Program-made: the position numbers and the translations under genes | Notes under the pieces: generated by a model | Databases searched by the model: none | What the model was told of the DNA's origin: nothing | Seen by the model: only the letters and a program-made list of their open reading frames with translations | Shown: one piece after another, positions 50,150-63,652 of the stretch | Numbering within the stretch: the stretch's first letter is position 1 | How the letters are laid out: each line of letters opens with the position of its first letter | Assembly (NCBI RefSeq): GCF_001194135.2 | Contig: NC_069001.1 | Coordinates: forward strand, 16,405,168-16,469,167 | Direction: 5' to 3' | Length of the DNA: 64,000 nt | Source: Octopus bimaculoides | Taxonomy: Eukaryota

Positions 50150-50520
50150 ATTAATCTGCTTAAGTCCTACTTTGTCTTTCAACCCTCTTGGGGTACCAGT
50201 CAAACTTGATCCAACATAACTAACTTCTCCCTCCCCCAAAATTACAGGCCTTGTGCCTTTGCTAGAAACAAGTGTTATTGTTGTTGTTATCATCTTCCTT
50301 TGCAAAGGTGGCATACTGGCAGAATTGTTAACATGCTGGGCAAAATGCTTAGTGGCATTTCATTCTGTCTTTACGATCTGAGTTCCAGTTCTGCCGAAGT
50401 CAACTTTGCCTTTCATCCTTTTGGGGTCGATAAAACAAGTACCAGTTCGACTATACCCTCCCCCCATAATTTCAGGCCTTGTGCCTATAGTAGAGAGAAT
50501 TATCGTTGTAACTGTTATTA
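50150..50520 (+). mobile_element. Head-to-tail SINE family A dimer
   Basis: Degenerate 3' part ending ggccttgtgcctttgctagaaacaagtgttattgttg, then aaggtggcatactggcagaattgttaac... at about 50305. Confidence 0.7.
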
Positions 50521-50773
50521 ATTGAGTATGAAAAGTATATCTTATAAAAGTAATTGATTATGAAGTCTGTGAAACTCAATTAAAAAGTCTTTAATTGGCA
50601 TATAGGTATATTGTACCTGATGTACTGAAATCATTTATTGGCTGTTAAGGTCACATGTACAGTATACCTAGATGTTTGGATAGTGTGACTTCAATGTAAT
50701 GTCAAGTTTTTCTTTCAAAGTTTGTGTGTATGTGTGCTTATATCTATCTCTATATATATATATTTGTATGCGT

Positions 50774-50810
<37 letters not shown>

Positions 50811-52166
50811 CACTCCTAGCTTATCTTCATACTGCCACATACACCTATTCATGTTCATACACACTCATGCATAACATGAAAAGTAGGTGTAAAAGGAAAA
50901 TAATGATGTTATATACATAGATGTCACTGTCATTCTATATCCGTTTTTCCAAGCAAGCATGAGTTGGATAGGTTTTAGAATGTTTCACCACTATTGACTG
51001 TTCTTTATCGCCTAGCACACAGGAGGAAAATGGGATAGTACTATTATGCCATATGTGTCTGTGTGTAAATATATATTTATATGTATGTGTATGTGTGTCC
51101 ATATATATATATATATATATATAAACAAAAGTAAATGAGTATATGCATATATACGTACAGGTATGTGCATACCGACATCCACCTGTATGTATAGGTGCAT
51201 ATATATATATATGNNNNNNNNNNNNNNNNNNNNNNNNNNNNNNNNNNNNNNNNNNNNNNNNNNNNNNNNNNNNNNNNNNNNNNNNNNNNNNNNNNNNNNN
51301 NNNNNNNNNNNNNNNNNNNNNNNNNNNNNNNNNNNNNNNNNNNNNNNNNNNNNNNNNNNNNNNNNNNNNNNNNNNNNNNNNNNNNNNNNNNNNNNNNNNN
51401 NNNNNNNNNNNNNNNNNNNNNNNNNNNNNNNNNNNNNNNNNNNNNNNNNNNNNNNNNNNNNNNNNNNNNNNNNNNNNNNNNNNNNNNNNNNNNNNNNNNN
51501 NNNNNNNNNNNNNNNNNNNNNNNNNNNNNNNNNNNNNNNNNNNNNNNNNNNNNNNNNNNNNNNNNNNNNNNNNNNNNNNNNNNNNNNNNNNNNNNNNNNN
51601 NNNNNNNNNNNNNNNNNNNNNNNNNNNNNNNNNNNNNNNNNNNNNNNNNNNNNNNNNNNNNNNNNNNNNNNNNNACAGAGGAAGAACAAGAGGGGTAAGG
51701 CGAGATACGTAGTAGTACAGAGGAAGAACGAGGGGGGGGAGAAAGGAAAGAGAAAGAGATAGAGTAGCGTCGGAGGATAAGTTTACGAACTACTTACAAT
51801 TTTTGTGAGACGCTGCGTTCAATCATGTAAAAACAAAAGTAAATGAGTATATGCATATATACGTACAGGTATGTGCATACCGACATCCACCTGTATGTAT
51901 AGGTGCATATATATATATATGCACATGCAGTAGCATTGACAACACAAACATTAAAACTAAAATATGTGACTTATTTGTACATTTAAATATTTAATGTATT
52001 TTCTCCATCCCTCTCTTCTTTAAATGCAGTGTTTATCTATTGCCACAAGCAACATCAATGAATTGCTGTCTAACTGAAGAATTAGAAGGAATACAATATT
52101 TTAAAGATGTTATTCCTTTTCTTGAGTTTGGTTTGGTCTCTTATCTCAATTCTTTCTTTGTCAGCA

Positions 52167-52254
<88 letters not shown>

Positions 52255-52959
52255 TACCATGGTAGTAGAATCTTGCATTAGGCTGCTACAAACTGGCTGC
52301 TGCTGCTGCTGCTCATTTTTGGCTGGCTAGAGATAAAACCAAATTTTCTGTAGGACTCATCACCATTCTAAAGCTGGGTGTGTGCACCACGGAAGATTGG
52401 AGAAGAAAGGTTATCATTTTACAAACTCCTCCAGCATCACCATTATCTTTGCCTTCACCATGGTTGCTCAACTTTTGGAAATTGCAGCAAAATTTCCCTC
52501 ATATTTCAATCTGAAAACACATTAAATAATGTAATTCTGCCTAGAAATCAGTGTTTAAGAAAGGAACAAGTTGGTGATGACTTGGTGTGGTAGGTCAAGG
52601 CTGATTTTGGGCTAAATACGCAACTGAATCATCATCATGGTGATGATGATGATTTAATGTAGTTTATTCCAAAACAGGTTGAAATAGCAAAAGAAATTCA
52701 ACAGAACTTGGAATTGTGGGGAGAGAAACCTGTAGTGTCTAAGTTTTTATGTGGTTTATGCAAAAGAGTTTTGAGATTTAACCACTGGACAACTGACTCA
52801 GTCCTGAGTTTAGCTAGTTTTACAGCCATTGAGTGTTGTCAAGTCACATGGCAATCCCAGTCCAACAGATTTATGACCGAAAGTATTTGAATCTTGACCA
52901 TTTCATTTTCGTTTTTCTTTTTTTTTTATGACTGCATATAAGACTTTCTTTTCAAGTGT

Positions 52960-53990
52960 GTACTTTTTTTAAGAGAGTATGATGTGATTTTAAGGAGATT
53001 TGGTTGCTGTTTCTATCAGGTCGAGAAGCTGTGTGTGTAGAAACTCCCTTTGTTTAGGTCAATCTTGAGCTAGTCTTCCAGTCATGATTGGTCCTGCCTT
53101 TGTTCCACACACTGTGTCTTGGAATACACTATTCAGTGCATTTTCTTTTAAAGACGTGGCTGTATGATTTGAGAGGAAACTAAGCTGTTGTTCCTAGCAG
53201 ATGAAGCAACTACATAGAGCGTCTTAGCTCAACAGGAATTAATAATGCATCACTTTTAGTCTATATATTTGCCTGACAGACGTATGCAATTAGCTACAGC
53301 TAGGTTAGTTAAAAGATATAATTGGTAACACTTCAAGTGCAAGATGATTGAGATATTGCTCCATATGGCATAGAAATCCTTACATTGCTAACTAGTTCGT
53401 GAAGGCCCTGTTGCCTGAAGCTGGGACGGAATTTGAACTCAGGACAAAAAGAACTGGAACAAGGGCTGCGTAACATCCCATTGTATATTCTAACAGTTCC
53501 ACTAGTCCATCACTTTGAACTGGTATTTTATTGACTCTGAAAAGATGAAAGGCAAAGTTGAACTTTGTTATTTGCTGTGAGAACACAGACAGCCAGAACG
53601 AATACTTATGGCCCTGTCAATTGAAGCACCTTACTGCCTCCAATAAGACATTAATGTCTTAATTTAGAAGAATAAAACTACCTCCATCTATATTGTAGAA
53701 TAAAAAGGGAAGCTTTTGGCCAGCATAGTCTGGTTAGATCTATCTATCCTTTGTGTTGGGAAACACCTAACTCACATTTACCCCTCCCTTGGTTGTTGTT
53801 TTGCCTCAGGTCATTCCTAACTGAGCAGATCTATAATCAAAGATATCCTGACCATAATCACCCTGTCTTTGCTTGGGCCACTGTCTCATCTGGCATTATA
53901 TATGTATCTTCTTTTCACTTTTTAATATAGAAGTATGTAATTTGAGAGAATTTAGGCTGCTATTTGTTAGGTTTGAACAACTGCATGAAG
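52960..53990 (+). repeat. Family D units (about 52960-53060, 53080-53230, 53800-53990) with a minus-strand SINE A fragment at about 53400-53600
   Basis: tttggttgctgtttctatcaggtcgag; cttccagtcatgattggtcctgcc; atcctgaccataatcaccctgtc. Confidence 0.6.
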
Positions 53991-54087
53991 GGTTTCTCAT
54001 TGACTCATTTGACTTCCTTTTAGCTCTGTGTTTACTTGGCAAGAATATTATTATTGTTGTTGTTGTTATTATTATTATTATTATTAT

Positions 54088-54292
54088 TGTGGCAAGCTGG
54101 CAGAATTGTTACCAAACTGGATAAAATGCTTTACATTTCATCCATCTGTATGTTCTTAGTTCAAATTCCACTCAGGTTGACTGTCTTTCATCCTTTTGGG
54201 GTTGATAAAATAAGTACCAGTTGAGCACTGGGGTTGATTTAATCAACTTATGCCTTCCCCTAAATGGCTGGCCTTGTACCAAAATTTGAAAC

Positions 54293-54352
<60 letters not shown>
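54088..54352 (+). mobile_element. SINE family A with long (ATT)n tail
   Basis: gtggcaagctggcagaattgttacc...ttagttcaaattccac...ggccttgtaccaaaatttgaaac(tat)n. Confidence 0.85.
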
Positions 54353-54353
<1 letters not shown>

Positions 54354-56048
54354 GCAGCTCATCTTTACTGTGTAAATTAATATATATAACCAACTAAGCA
54401 AAAGAATTGATTTTCTTCTCTAGATTTTGATCTGTGAGTTTTGTGTAGATTTTAATTTGAAGCTTTTATTGTTTGTTCATTGATGTATTAACATTGAAGG
54501 ACTCCCAGAATAATACAAGATTTGATTTTAAAGAACTGGTGATGGAAGGAATCAACTGACCTGTAAAATGTTTCTTTGAAAACCTTATATTTCATTTTTT
54601 TTTTTCTTCTTCATTGAAACCTGTTATTCACATTTGACTTCCCTATTCTTCACTCAACAACGATACATTTACACTTCGAGAGCAATTGTATGATTTAATT
54701 GGATTAGTTAATTATCAAATTAATTTCTGTTCACTGACTACAAGACCTTTTTTATTGTCCTATTGGTTCCTTTCTTATCCCCCAACCCATACATATTTCT
54801 GAAGTGAATGTTATATTTGGTGTTGATAAGTCGTGAGAGATGAGGTGACACAAGTTGATTTACTAAAATGACAATCTTATCCTATATCAGTTACTGGATG
54901 GTTTGACAGTATCCAGCATGTTACAAGGCCGCATCAAGCTCCAATGTCAGCCTTGGCATAGTTTCTGTGGCTGGATTTCCTTCCTGATGCCAACCACTTT
55001 ACAGTGTATACTGGGTGGTTTTGTGTACCACTGGCACTAGTGAGGTTACCATATAAACCTCAGAAAGGGAACAGGGTGATGGGGAAGGGGCAAGTGCCCG
55101 TGACTAAGAGGGGGAGTATTTGAGAGGGAAGGTGGAGGTAGTTGGCTTTATGCCAGGTGTTGAAAGACTAAATATGATGGAACCAAAAGGAAGGTAGTGA
55201 TGGGGTGTGAGAGCAAAATGTCAGGGTACAAGAGGGTGAGCATAAGAGAGGATACAAAGGTTCGTAGGGGTAGAGAGAGGGTGAGTACACTTTTTTTTGT
55301 TGTTTTTACTTGTTTTTACTTGTGGCTATGCTGGGGCTTTTTTTTTTTTTTTTTTTTTNNNNNNNNNNTTTTTTTTTTTTTTGTTTTTTGTAAGATATGA
55401 AATAGTTAAGAGAGAAAACTCAGTTGAATGTAAATGTCACAAGATATTTCTGTCCCGTTTGTACCTGTAATTCTACTGTGCAGCCTTATCCCATTTGTCA
55501 CACTGTTCTTACCTGAGAATTACATTCAGGTTACATAGATATATGGAATGTTTAACTACTTTGTGTGCTAATTCAGTGAGTGGGTTGTTTAGTTGTTTGA
55601 CATCACTGTATGAATTCATCAGCATCTCTTTTTGTATATGTTTAGTGGAAGCTGGTTGGATATCGGAATACTTGCAAATTCAACTGCAGGCACCCAAAGA
55701 CCAGGTTGGGGTGTTGGTGTTAAAGTTATCTACTACCCATTTCTTGCATAACTGCAGTGTTACAAAATTTTGTGGGAATTTTACATTCAATACTTGGCTG
55801 CTACTTATTTTATCAACTGAAACTAGAAGGGTGAAAAGCAAACAGAGAGATGGATTTTCATAAGATCTAGGAACCAACACCATTTCAACTATTACTCCAC
55901 AGCTGATTTATAGCTCTGTTATTGTTCTGTAATACAGCTTTGTTAATTCTGATATAAACCAATCTAAGACTATATATGTATATATATATAAATTACTTGT
56001 AGGAGTATCGATTAATATTGTTGTTTAACCCACTATATTTTGGTTTAA

Positions 56049-56255
56049 GCCTTTAGTATTCAGATCTATCAAATTTAATGTTTATAAATTCATATTGCTT
56101 TGAATTAGTCGTGTATTATCTTGTAGCTTTGGGATTTCAGTCAAATGATTATTTATTTTTAGAGTAGTATTGTAGGGTAAGTGTGAGAGGCTATATATGG
56201 CCAGTCTGAAGATAGACTATTTTGGCTAAATATGACTGGTTTAAATGTTAAAGGG
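56049..56255. mobile_element. piggyBac-type MITE, diverged
   Basis: TTAA at 56045-56048 and 56256-56259; ends gcctttagtatt and aatgttaaaggg. A lone related end lies at about 58045-58069. Confidence 0.7.
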
Positions 56256-56362
56256 TTAATTTTCCTTTTTACGAGTTGTTGTTGGTGGTGGGGGAATGAG
56301 GTATCAGACATGGAGTATATACTGTAAATGTTGGTGAACAAAATGAGGAAAATAATTTAGAG

Positions 56363-56508
56363 CAGTCATGGGCAAACTATGGTTTGTGGGCTCTTCTGAA
56401 TGGTGCACCTAATGAAAAATTACCTTGAATTTTTTAGGAGTGTGGCCTGACTGATTGATGTACCATGTTTCATGTAGCCTGTTTCTTAAAAGAGGTTTCC
56501 CATGCCTG
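56363..56508. mobile_element. Short hAT-type MITE
   Basis: TIRs cagtcatgggcaaact and aggtttcccatgcctg; TSD atttagag / atctagag. Confidence 0.8.
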
Positions 56509-56884
56509 ATCTAGAGAAAGAAACTTGGAACTAAACTGTTTATGGCTGCTAGGAAATTGTTGTTAGGAAGTGGTTAATGGAGGAATTGCTGGACATTGGT
56601 CTAACTTCCTTGTGTTGTTTAGTTACATCCATGTATGTTCTGAGCTTAAATCCCTACATGCTTGGTGTTTCATCTTTCTAAAGTTGATAAAATAAGGCAC
56701 CAGCCAATTCAGTTTGGCTTTTTTGTCATCTTGGGTTCAATAAATACCATTCAGATACTGAGTCTGAGAAATAAAATTGACGATACATCTGTCTTCAAAG
56801 TGATGAATGTGGTGGGATTCATTCTTAATTATTATGATCCCAACTTCATCTTTCTGGCACTATGAAATAAGTACTAGGACTTGA

Positions 56885-57367
56885 AATGCAATACCAGGCA
56901 GTGGCTCTCATGGCTTCTGATCTTAACTGATTGGAAGTGTTATCATATACATGTTATGTCTTGCTGTAAAAGATGGGTTGCAGTAAATATTCTGCTCAAT
57001 ACCACAGATTTGCTTGTCAGATGCTTGACCTTAACCAGTTGAGCATGTCCCTTTGTGGCTGCCCATATGTGTATTTCTGATCATGAGTTGTAGTAGTGGG
57101 GAAGTGTCATAGTCATATTTTGAGAAGAATTCTTTGGGGTTCACCTCAGGAAACATGGGTGTTTCATTCATCATCCTTAAACAAACCTTATTCAGGGACC
57201 TTCTGAGCAGGATCAGCTACTCAACCTGAAGAAAATTCAAACTGGACCCCGCCTGCAGAGTCATGTGCTGTTTATCTTGACATGAGATCATCACATTGCA
57301 GACATATGGTTGTGATGCTTGTACATGTACCTTTATCAGACAGGTAGTCATGATGGGTATATTGGGC

Positions 57368-57370
<3 letters not shown>
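56885..57370. repeat. Unclassified interspersed repeat (recalled as abundant in octopus)
   Basis: ggcagtggctctcatggcttctgatcttaactgattggaagtgttatc...cagacaggtagtcatgatgggtatattgggcttc. Single copy in this window, so the repeat call rests on recall. Confidence 0.4.
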
Positions 57371-57408
<38 letters not shown>

Positions 57409-57450
57409 ACTCCGGTGTCACTTTGATGGTATGTGCTGCTCTCTCAATCA

Positions 57451-57490
<40 letters not shown>

Positions 57491-58084
57491 TGATGATAAT
57501 TTTTAATTGAGGCACATTAGATACACAGGCATAGAGACAGCACCAAGAACAGTAAAATAACCATTTGGTTAGTAACAAGTATTCAATGTTTAAGTTTTGT
57601 ATCTGCTGCCAACTGGAAAGAAATTTCTTTTGACTTGAATAAGTGACTAGTTTTTGTCTGTCAACTGTCCAAGAAGAGAAGAGCACCAATTTTAACATCA
57701 AACAACTAATTTTAGTACACCCCCACATCAGTTGTTGTTGTACAAACATTCCTCCCCTCCCCTTTGGTCACCTCTGACCAATCTGTCACCTTTGTTGTTT
57801 ATCTCCTTCTGAGCAGTCTTGTCTTCTATTGTGACATTGGCTATCTAGGTCTACATTATCCAATGTACCCCTCTCTCCTTGTTATTTTGTTCTAGGAAAG
57901 GTCTGACCCTGGCAGACATTCCAGTCATGACCATCCTGTCTTATTAGAATATAATAATGTATCCAGGACTAAACTCTTTAAAACAGTGGAGATTAAATAT
58001 GAGAGAGGTTTGGCTGGTGTATCTAAGCATTACATTTTACTGAGTAATCTGAATGCTAGAGGGTTAAACAGCAGTTGTCTGTTA

Positions 58085-58330
58085 TATGGATGGTTAGATT
58101 TCTGTTGGTTTCAGTGATCGAGGATTCAGTTATTTGATCTACTGAATTACCTGCTCCTGAATTAATGTGTAAGTGGCCAAACATTCCAAAAACATGTGCT
58201 CTTAACGTAATTCTTGGGCAGTATCAGCATAATTCAGAGTATGAGTATAACAAGGTGGTGCATTTGAATTACACGTAAAATCCATTTGATGCGCTTCTGT
58301 ATGCAATTTCACTCACCAAGATCTTGATTG
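58085..58330 (-). mobile_element. SINE family C, diverged
   Basis: ttcagttatttgatctactgaattacctgctcctgaattaatgtgtaagtggccaaacattcc is the reverse complement of the C 3' half. Confidence 0.6.
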
Positions 58331-59127
58331 ACTCAATGCTCTAGAAAATGACATTTGCTGAAGATGCCACACAGTGTAATCAGACCCAGGGTTTTGTGGT
58401 TGTGAAGTGGACTTCTTTATCATTTGGTCATATTGCCATACTCATGATAGAAAAGAGAAGCACTTTACATAGCTCCTGGTCAGTCTTCATTGAACAGCAG
58501 ACACATGCGATCAGTCAGGTCAAACTATGACTGACTAGCCATGCCGTCTAAAATGAGAAATCAAAATGATTGGAGGAAAAAACTTTGCAGCGTTTTTTTT
58601 TTAAATTTATTTTCAATGAGTCATCGGAGGAAGGGCCATGATACTTTCCAGGAATTATGGGATTGGTGAGAGGCAATTATTCTCAGACTGGAAGTTTGAC
58701 CTAAATATATTTAGTATATCCTGATAAAGGCATCCAAAAACCCAGTGGTGGTGGTGGTTGTGGTGCTAACTCAGTCTGACACCTCTCATTTGTGTTCTCA
58801 GTTCAAATTCTGTTGAGGTTGACTATGACTTATTTTTGCAGGGTTATAAGGGATGCTTTGTTGCTCATAAAAGTAAAGAGTTCACGTTAAGAGTAGTGAG
58901 TATTCTTTACTCCTGCAGTGTACAAAGTATCACCTCTCCTGCTGGTGCACCCTGAAGAAGTGGTTGGTGAGGGAGTGGAATTGACAAAGATAAACAGGGC
59001 TTATTAGTCCTGTACCATCAAGGAATGACAACCCGTCTGGTGTTACTGGCATGATAAGTGTTTGGTGATAAGGAAAGAGAATTCAGCTATAGAAAACAAG
59101 TTAAAAATGTATGAGCACCAGTCTGTG

Positions 59128-59163
<36 letters not shown>

Positions 59164-62100
59164 AACGCAAAAAAAGCTGTGTGGTTAAGTTTACCTCACA
59201 ACTGTGGGGTTTCAGGTTTGCTTCCACTGCACATCATTTTAGCGGCTGTTTCCTACTGTAGGTTCAGGTCAGTGGCTCTCAATAATGGGACTGCCAGGAT
59301 TTTGAGGTGTGTGGACACCTAGCCACTATTTTCCCCAGGTCTACACTGACCTGGAGTTGTAGCACTTGTCCATCTATGGGTTAACTCACATGTAAATCAC
59401 TGGGAGTGAAGGACTCCTAGTTCTCATTAGAACTTTTTTCAAGAAGGTAAACTTGTATTAAAAAAAACTGCCTTAAATGCAGTTGGTTTTTGATTATCTT
59501 GACCTCTGTTGTGCCCCTAGTTTTATAGCTGATTGCATTGAAAAGTAGATTCATTGCTGTGCAAAACTTCAAACTCTCAAAAGAAAAAAATTCATGTGCA
59601 GCAACTTGGAATTGCAGAACATTTGCACAGACTTAATGAGCTTAGGAAGTGGTCACAATCAGTCACGAGTCAACTTCTCCACATTCACTTGCGTGAATGA
59701 ACACACACACACACAATGAACACACACACACACACACACACGCACACACACATGAACGCAAAAAAAGCTGTGTGGTTAAGTTTACCTCACAACTGTGGGG
59801 TTTCAGGTTNNNNNNNNNNCTTCCACTGCACATCATTTTAGCGGCTGTTTCCTACTGTAGGTTCAGGTCAGTTGTGGAACCCCATTTTATGTGTGTGTGT
59901 GTGTGTGTGTGTGTGTGGCAAGGGACAGCCAAACAAAATAGGTTCCTAAAACAAAAATTCTTTGTGGTATTTAGTTTTGTGTATGTGCGCACATATATAT
60001 TATGTAAATTATATATTTATATTGTAAATGTATGTGTATACAGATATACAAGTATGTTAGTTGTTAATGTATATCATTCAGTGTTCTTATTTTGAAAGTT
60101 TTTAACTAAAAGTCTAGTTTTTAGTGTTAGTCTGTAATAGTATCATTCATTCTTTTGCTACAGGAATGGTACTGGAACAGCAGCAGCATTCCTGTTATTC
60201 TCTTTCCATTGTATTATATATACACGGCTCACATCTATGTAACAACTGGAATATTCTACACATTTTACTGTGTGTATGTTTGTTTGTTGATGTAATTTGA
60301 GCTCATTTTCTTATAGTTCTGATGACGTTGCCATTTCCCCCCCCCCCCTTTTTTACTTTAAAAACTAACACACAATTTGCCTTTTAGTTATCTTACTGGC
60401 TTGTGACAGTTCTGGGATTGAGGTTCTCTCAGCAGTATGTGTGTTTAATCTATGTGATTCTCTGTTTGTGTGCATGCGTCAGTCTATGAAATTGTGGGTC
60501 TATTTCACAGTAAAGATTGTTTTTATTTTCAATTCTCATTGAGATTTAAAGAAATAAAATAAAACGTTGGTTTCTATTTATGTTTTATCTGATTGAAGAT
60601 CCTGGTTTTTATAGAAGTGCTGAAATTGCATGAAAATCAATGTGGCTTGGGTACTTTTAGCAGGAGGGTCTTTAGCAGGAGTATTTTATGAGATTCTGGA
60701 AAGAATGTAGCCAAAGGAGTGTGTGTGTGTGTGTGCGTGTTCTGTGACTATCAATTGTGGCAGTTGATTTATAATGTATTTGATATTTAGTTTTTTTTTA
60801 TATTTACACTCACACACTGTTAACTACCTATTATGTACAGTATGTAGTGTTAACTATAGGTTGCAGTATATAGTGTTAACTGTCTATTGCATACACCATA
60901 GTGTTAATGTTAGATTATATACAGTATATAGTAACTGTGAGTCATTGACTTTATTTTAGGAATATCTCTTAGCTTATGTATGTTTGTACGTACATATGTA
61001 TGTATGTGTATAATCATGTGTGTGTGTGTGTGTGCCAGTGGTATGTTTAATACAACATCCAATGTGCATGCATGTTTAGTTGTATGTATAAAATATCACC
61101 ATCGCCACCAACAGCAGCAGGTTGTCAGACATAACATTCAGTGTGTTTGTGTCTGGTGGAATATGACTGGAATGTGTTGTGAAAGTTCTTATTCTTCCAT
61201 TTTTAAATATAGTCTTTAAGATTTTCAACTGTCAGTCTACTTTCTGGTAGAGTGACAATCAGTGGAGTATCAAATAAATTGTCTTGTGGTATTTAGTTAT
61301 ATTTTTTTAGTGTCCTCACTTCAAATCCCTCTCTGATTTACTTCACCTTTTATCCTTCTGGGCCTCAATAAAGTAAGACCAACCAAGTATTGGTTCACTT
61401 ATTTCATTCTGCCCTTATTCTGAAATCTGTGGAGTTGCAGAAAATGTCTTGAAAGGGTTTTTAATTGATTATTACTGTCAACTTTCCCTCTCTTCATCCT
61501 GAGGTTGGTAAAATTGTGGTGGCATAGATGAGTCAATTTACCCTGCCTCCCCCCATTAGTCAATTATAGTGGAGTGGATGACTCCATCTACCCCCACCCC
61601 TACTGTGTCCCTTTCATTAATCTTATTATCACAGTTAGGGTTGTTCTCCATTCTTGAATGTTGTTCTCTAGTTTATTATTCACTGTTTCTATACAAAATA
61701 TGGGTAGGGACATAGCAGTATGAGGTTGAGAAATGGACTTTATCACTGCATGGTTCCAGGTTCAATTTCACTGAGTGGGACACTTGGGCAAGTCTCTCCC
61801 AACATTACCTCACATTGACTAAAACTTGGAGTGAAATTTAGTAAGCACTGAAAACTGTGGAAACCTGTTGTGTGTATACATTGTTGTCAATTCAGCTAAA
61901 TGTGCTCTAGAGTGGGGTCAATTCAACTACCACTGAAGACACTGCTCTAGTATGGCCACAACCCTATGGCTGAAGTCAGTGAAATACAAAATGTTAAAGA
62001 ATATATTTTTAATTACATATCCTGTAAATTTATGAGTTAGGTATGAAGTAGAGTCACAGATTTGAGACAGAGAGGGAGCAACTGTCCCATTGATGCATAC

Positions 62101-62569
62101 AGTCCTGTATCTATCTGTTGCTTGGTTAGTGACCTTTGGATGATCATTAGTCTAATTGGTAACACAGTTACCCTGTTAAGCAATAAATACAGGTTTCAAT
62201 TCCAGTCATTGAACCTGTTGCTCCTTATTTTTCTCAAAGTGTTACTTATATCTGCAACATCTTAAAATCTTGTTTATTTTAAAATGAAATAGAGATTTCC
62301 AAGAAGCGAGTTGTTAAAATAATTGGAATGTTTATATTAAACGTCTCAGTTAGCAACAACTGTACTTGTGTTGGCCAACTTTCAGACTAATTTCTGCATG
62401 GTTTTCACTTTTACTAGTGGCTCTCTCACTGGCCTTTTTTCCTCTTTCTTTTTAATGAACTCTATTTAGATTTTTAAACAAAGATTTTGGAAATGTTTTT
62501 TTTGTTTTATTTTATTATACATATATTTGTAATTGTGTAGGTGGGTGTATATATGTAATTATAGGCACA

Positions 62570-62938
62570 GGTATGGCTGTGTGGTAAGAAGTTTGCTTCC
62601 CAACCACATGGTTCCGGGTTCAGTGCCATTATGTGGCACTGTGGGCAAGTGGCTTTTACTATAGCCTTGGGTTAACCTAACCTTGTGAGTGGATTTGGTA
62701 GAAGAAAACTGAAATAATCCTGCTGTATATGTGTGTGTGTGTTTGTTCCCCACCACTGTTTGACAACTGGTGTTGGTGTGTTTATGTCCCTGAGCAGTTC
62801 AGAAAAAGTGACCAATAGAATAAATACCAGGCTTAAAGAAAAATAATAAATACCGGGGTTGATAAGTCCAACTAAAATTCTTCAAGGTATTGCCCTTGCA
62901 TGGCTGCAATCAAATGACAAGTAAAAGAATAAAAGAAT
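62570..62938 (+). mobile_element. SINE family B, full length
   Basis: gtatggctgtgtggtaagaagtttgcttcccaaccacatggttccgggttcagtgcc...caaatgacaagtaaaagaataaaagaat. Confidence 0.85.
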
Positions 62939-63652
62939 GTGTGTGTGTTTGTGTATGTGGCTTGGGAACCTGGTTCACAATTCTTAGGTTTTGGGTTTGA
63001 TTCTTGGGCTGGATGGTATATTATGTCCTTAAGCAAGATACTTCATATCACATCGTTTTAGTTGACTTGGCTGCAATAGTTGGGTGGGTGTTTAACCCCT
63101 AAAATGGACTGGTGTCCCATTCAAAGGAATGCCTTGTATTTTTCGTTGCTTAAATGTTACTCTAGATACAAGTTTAAGCTCTGACCTAAAGGAGCTGTCA
63201 GCACAAAACAGACTTTAACTCAAAAGTATTATCTTTTAGTCTGCTATTCCATGTTGCTTTGGCTTGTATGAGTTTCTCCTAGAAATTGTAGCCACCTACC
63301 ATTTCTTACTGTTGTTCCTTATTTAATGCAATGTCTTTTAGTTGTGGTTTTTTTATTCACTTAGGGGATGGTTCTTATGGTTGCATGGTAATCCCATCCC
63401 CAGGTGTGTCTGTGTGTGTGTGCATGCGCAAACATGTGCATAGTCATCATACAGCTGTTTCCTCACCTTTATGTTTGCATGAGTTGAGTAGGTCTCACCC
63501 TCCTGACTCATGCATCCTTCTCTCTCCCTTATATATGTGCGTGTGTATGTATGTATTTATGTATGCATGTATGTGTGTATGTATATATGTGTGTATGTAT
63601 ATATGAATGTATATGTATATATATGTATATATATGTATGTATATATGTATGT

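Noticed and set aside
25526-51762. Longest ORFs in the track (310, 254, 238, 235, 225 aa and others)
   Set aside because: They read through N-gaps.
60790-60940. Degenerate minisatellite (tagtgttaact about 4 times); similar 3-unit repeat at about 5565-5665
   Set aside because: Ordinary short tandem repeats with no further structure.
17235-62650. tRNA-like A and B boxes in SINE heads
   Set aside because: No cloverleaf that I can fold, and each continues into a SINE body; not tRNA genes.
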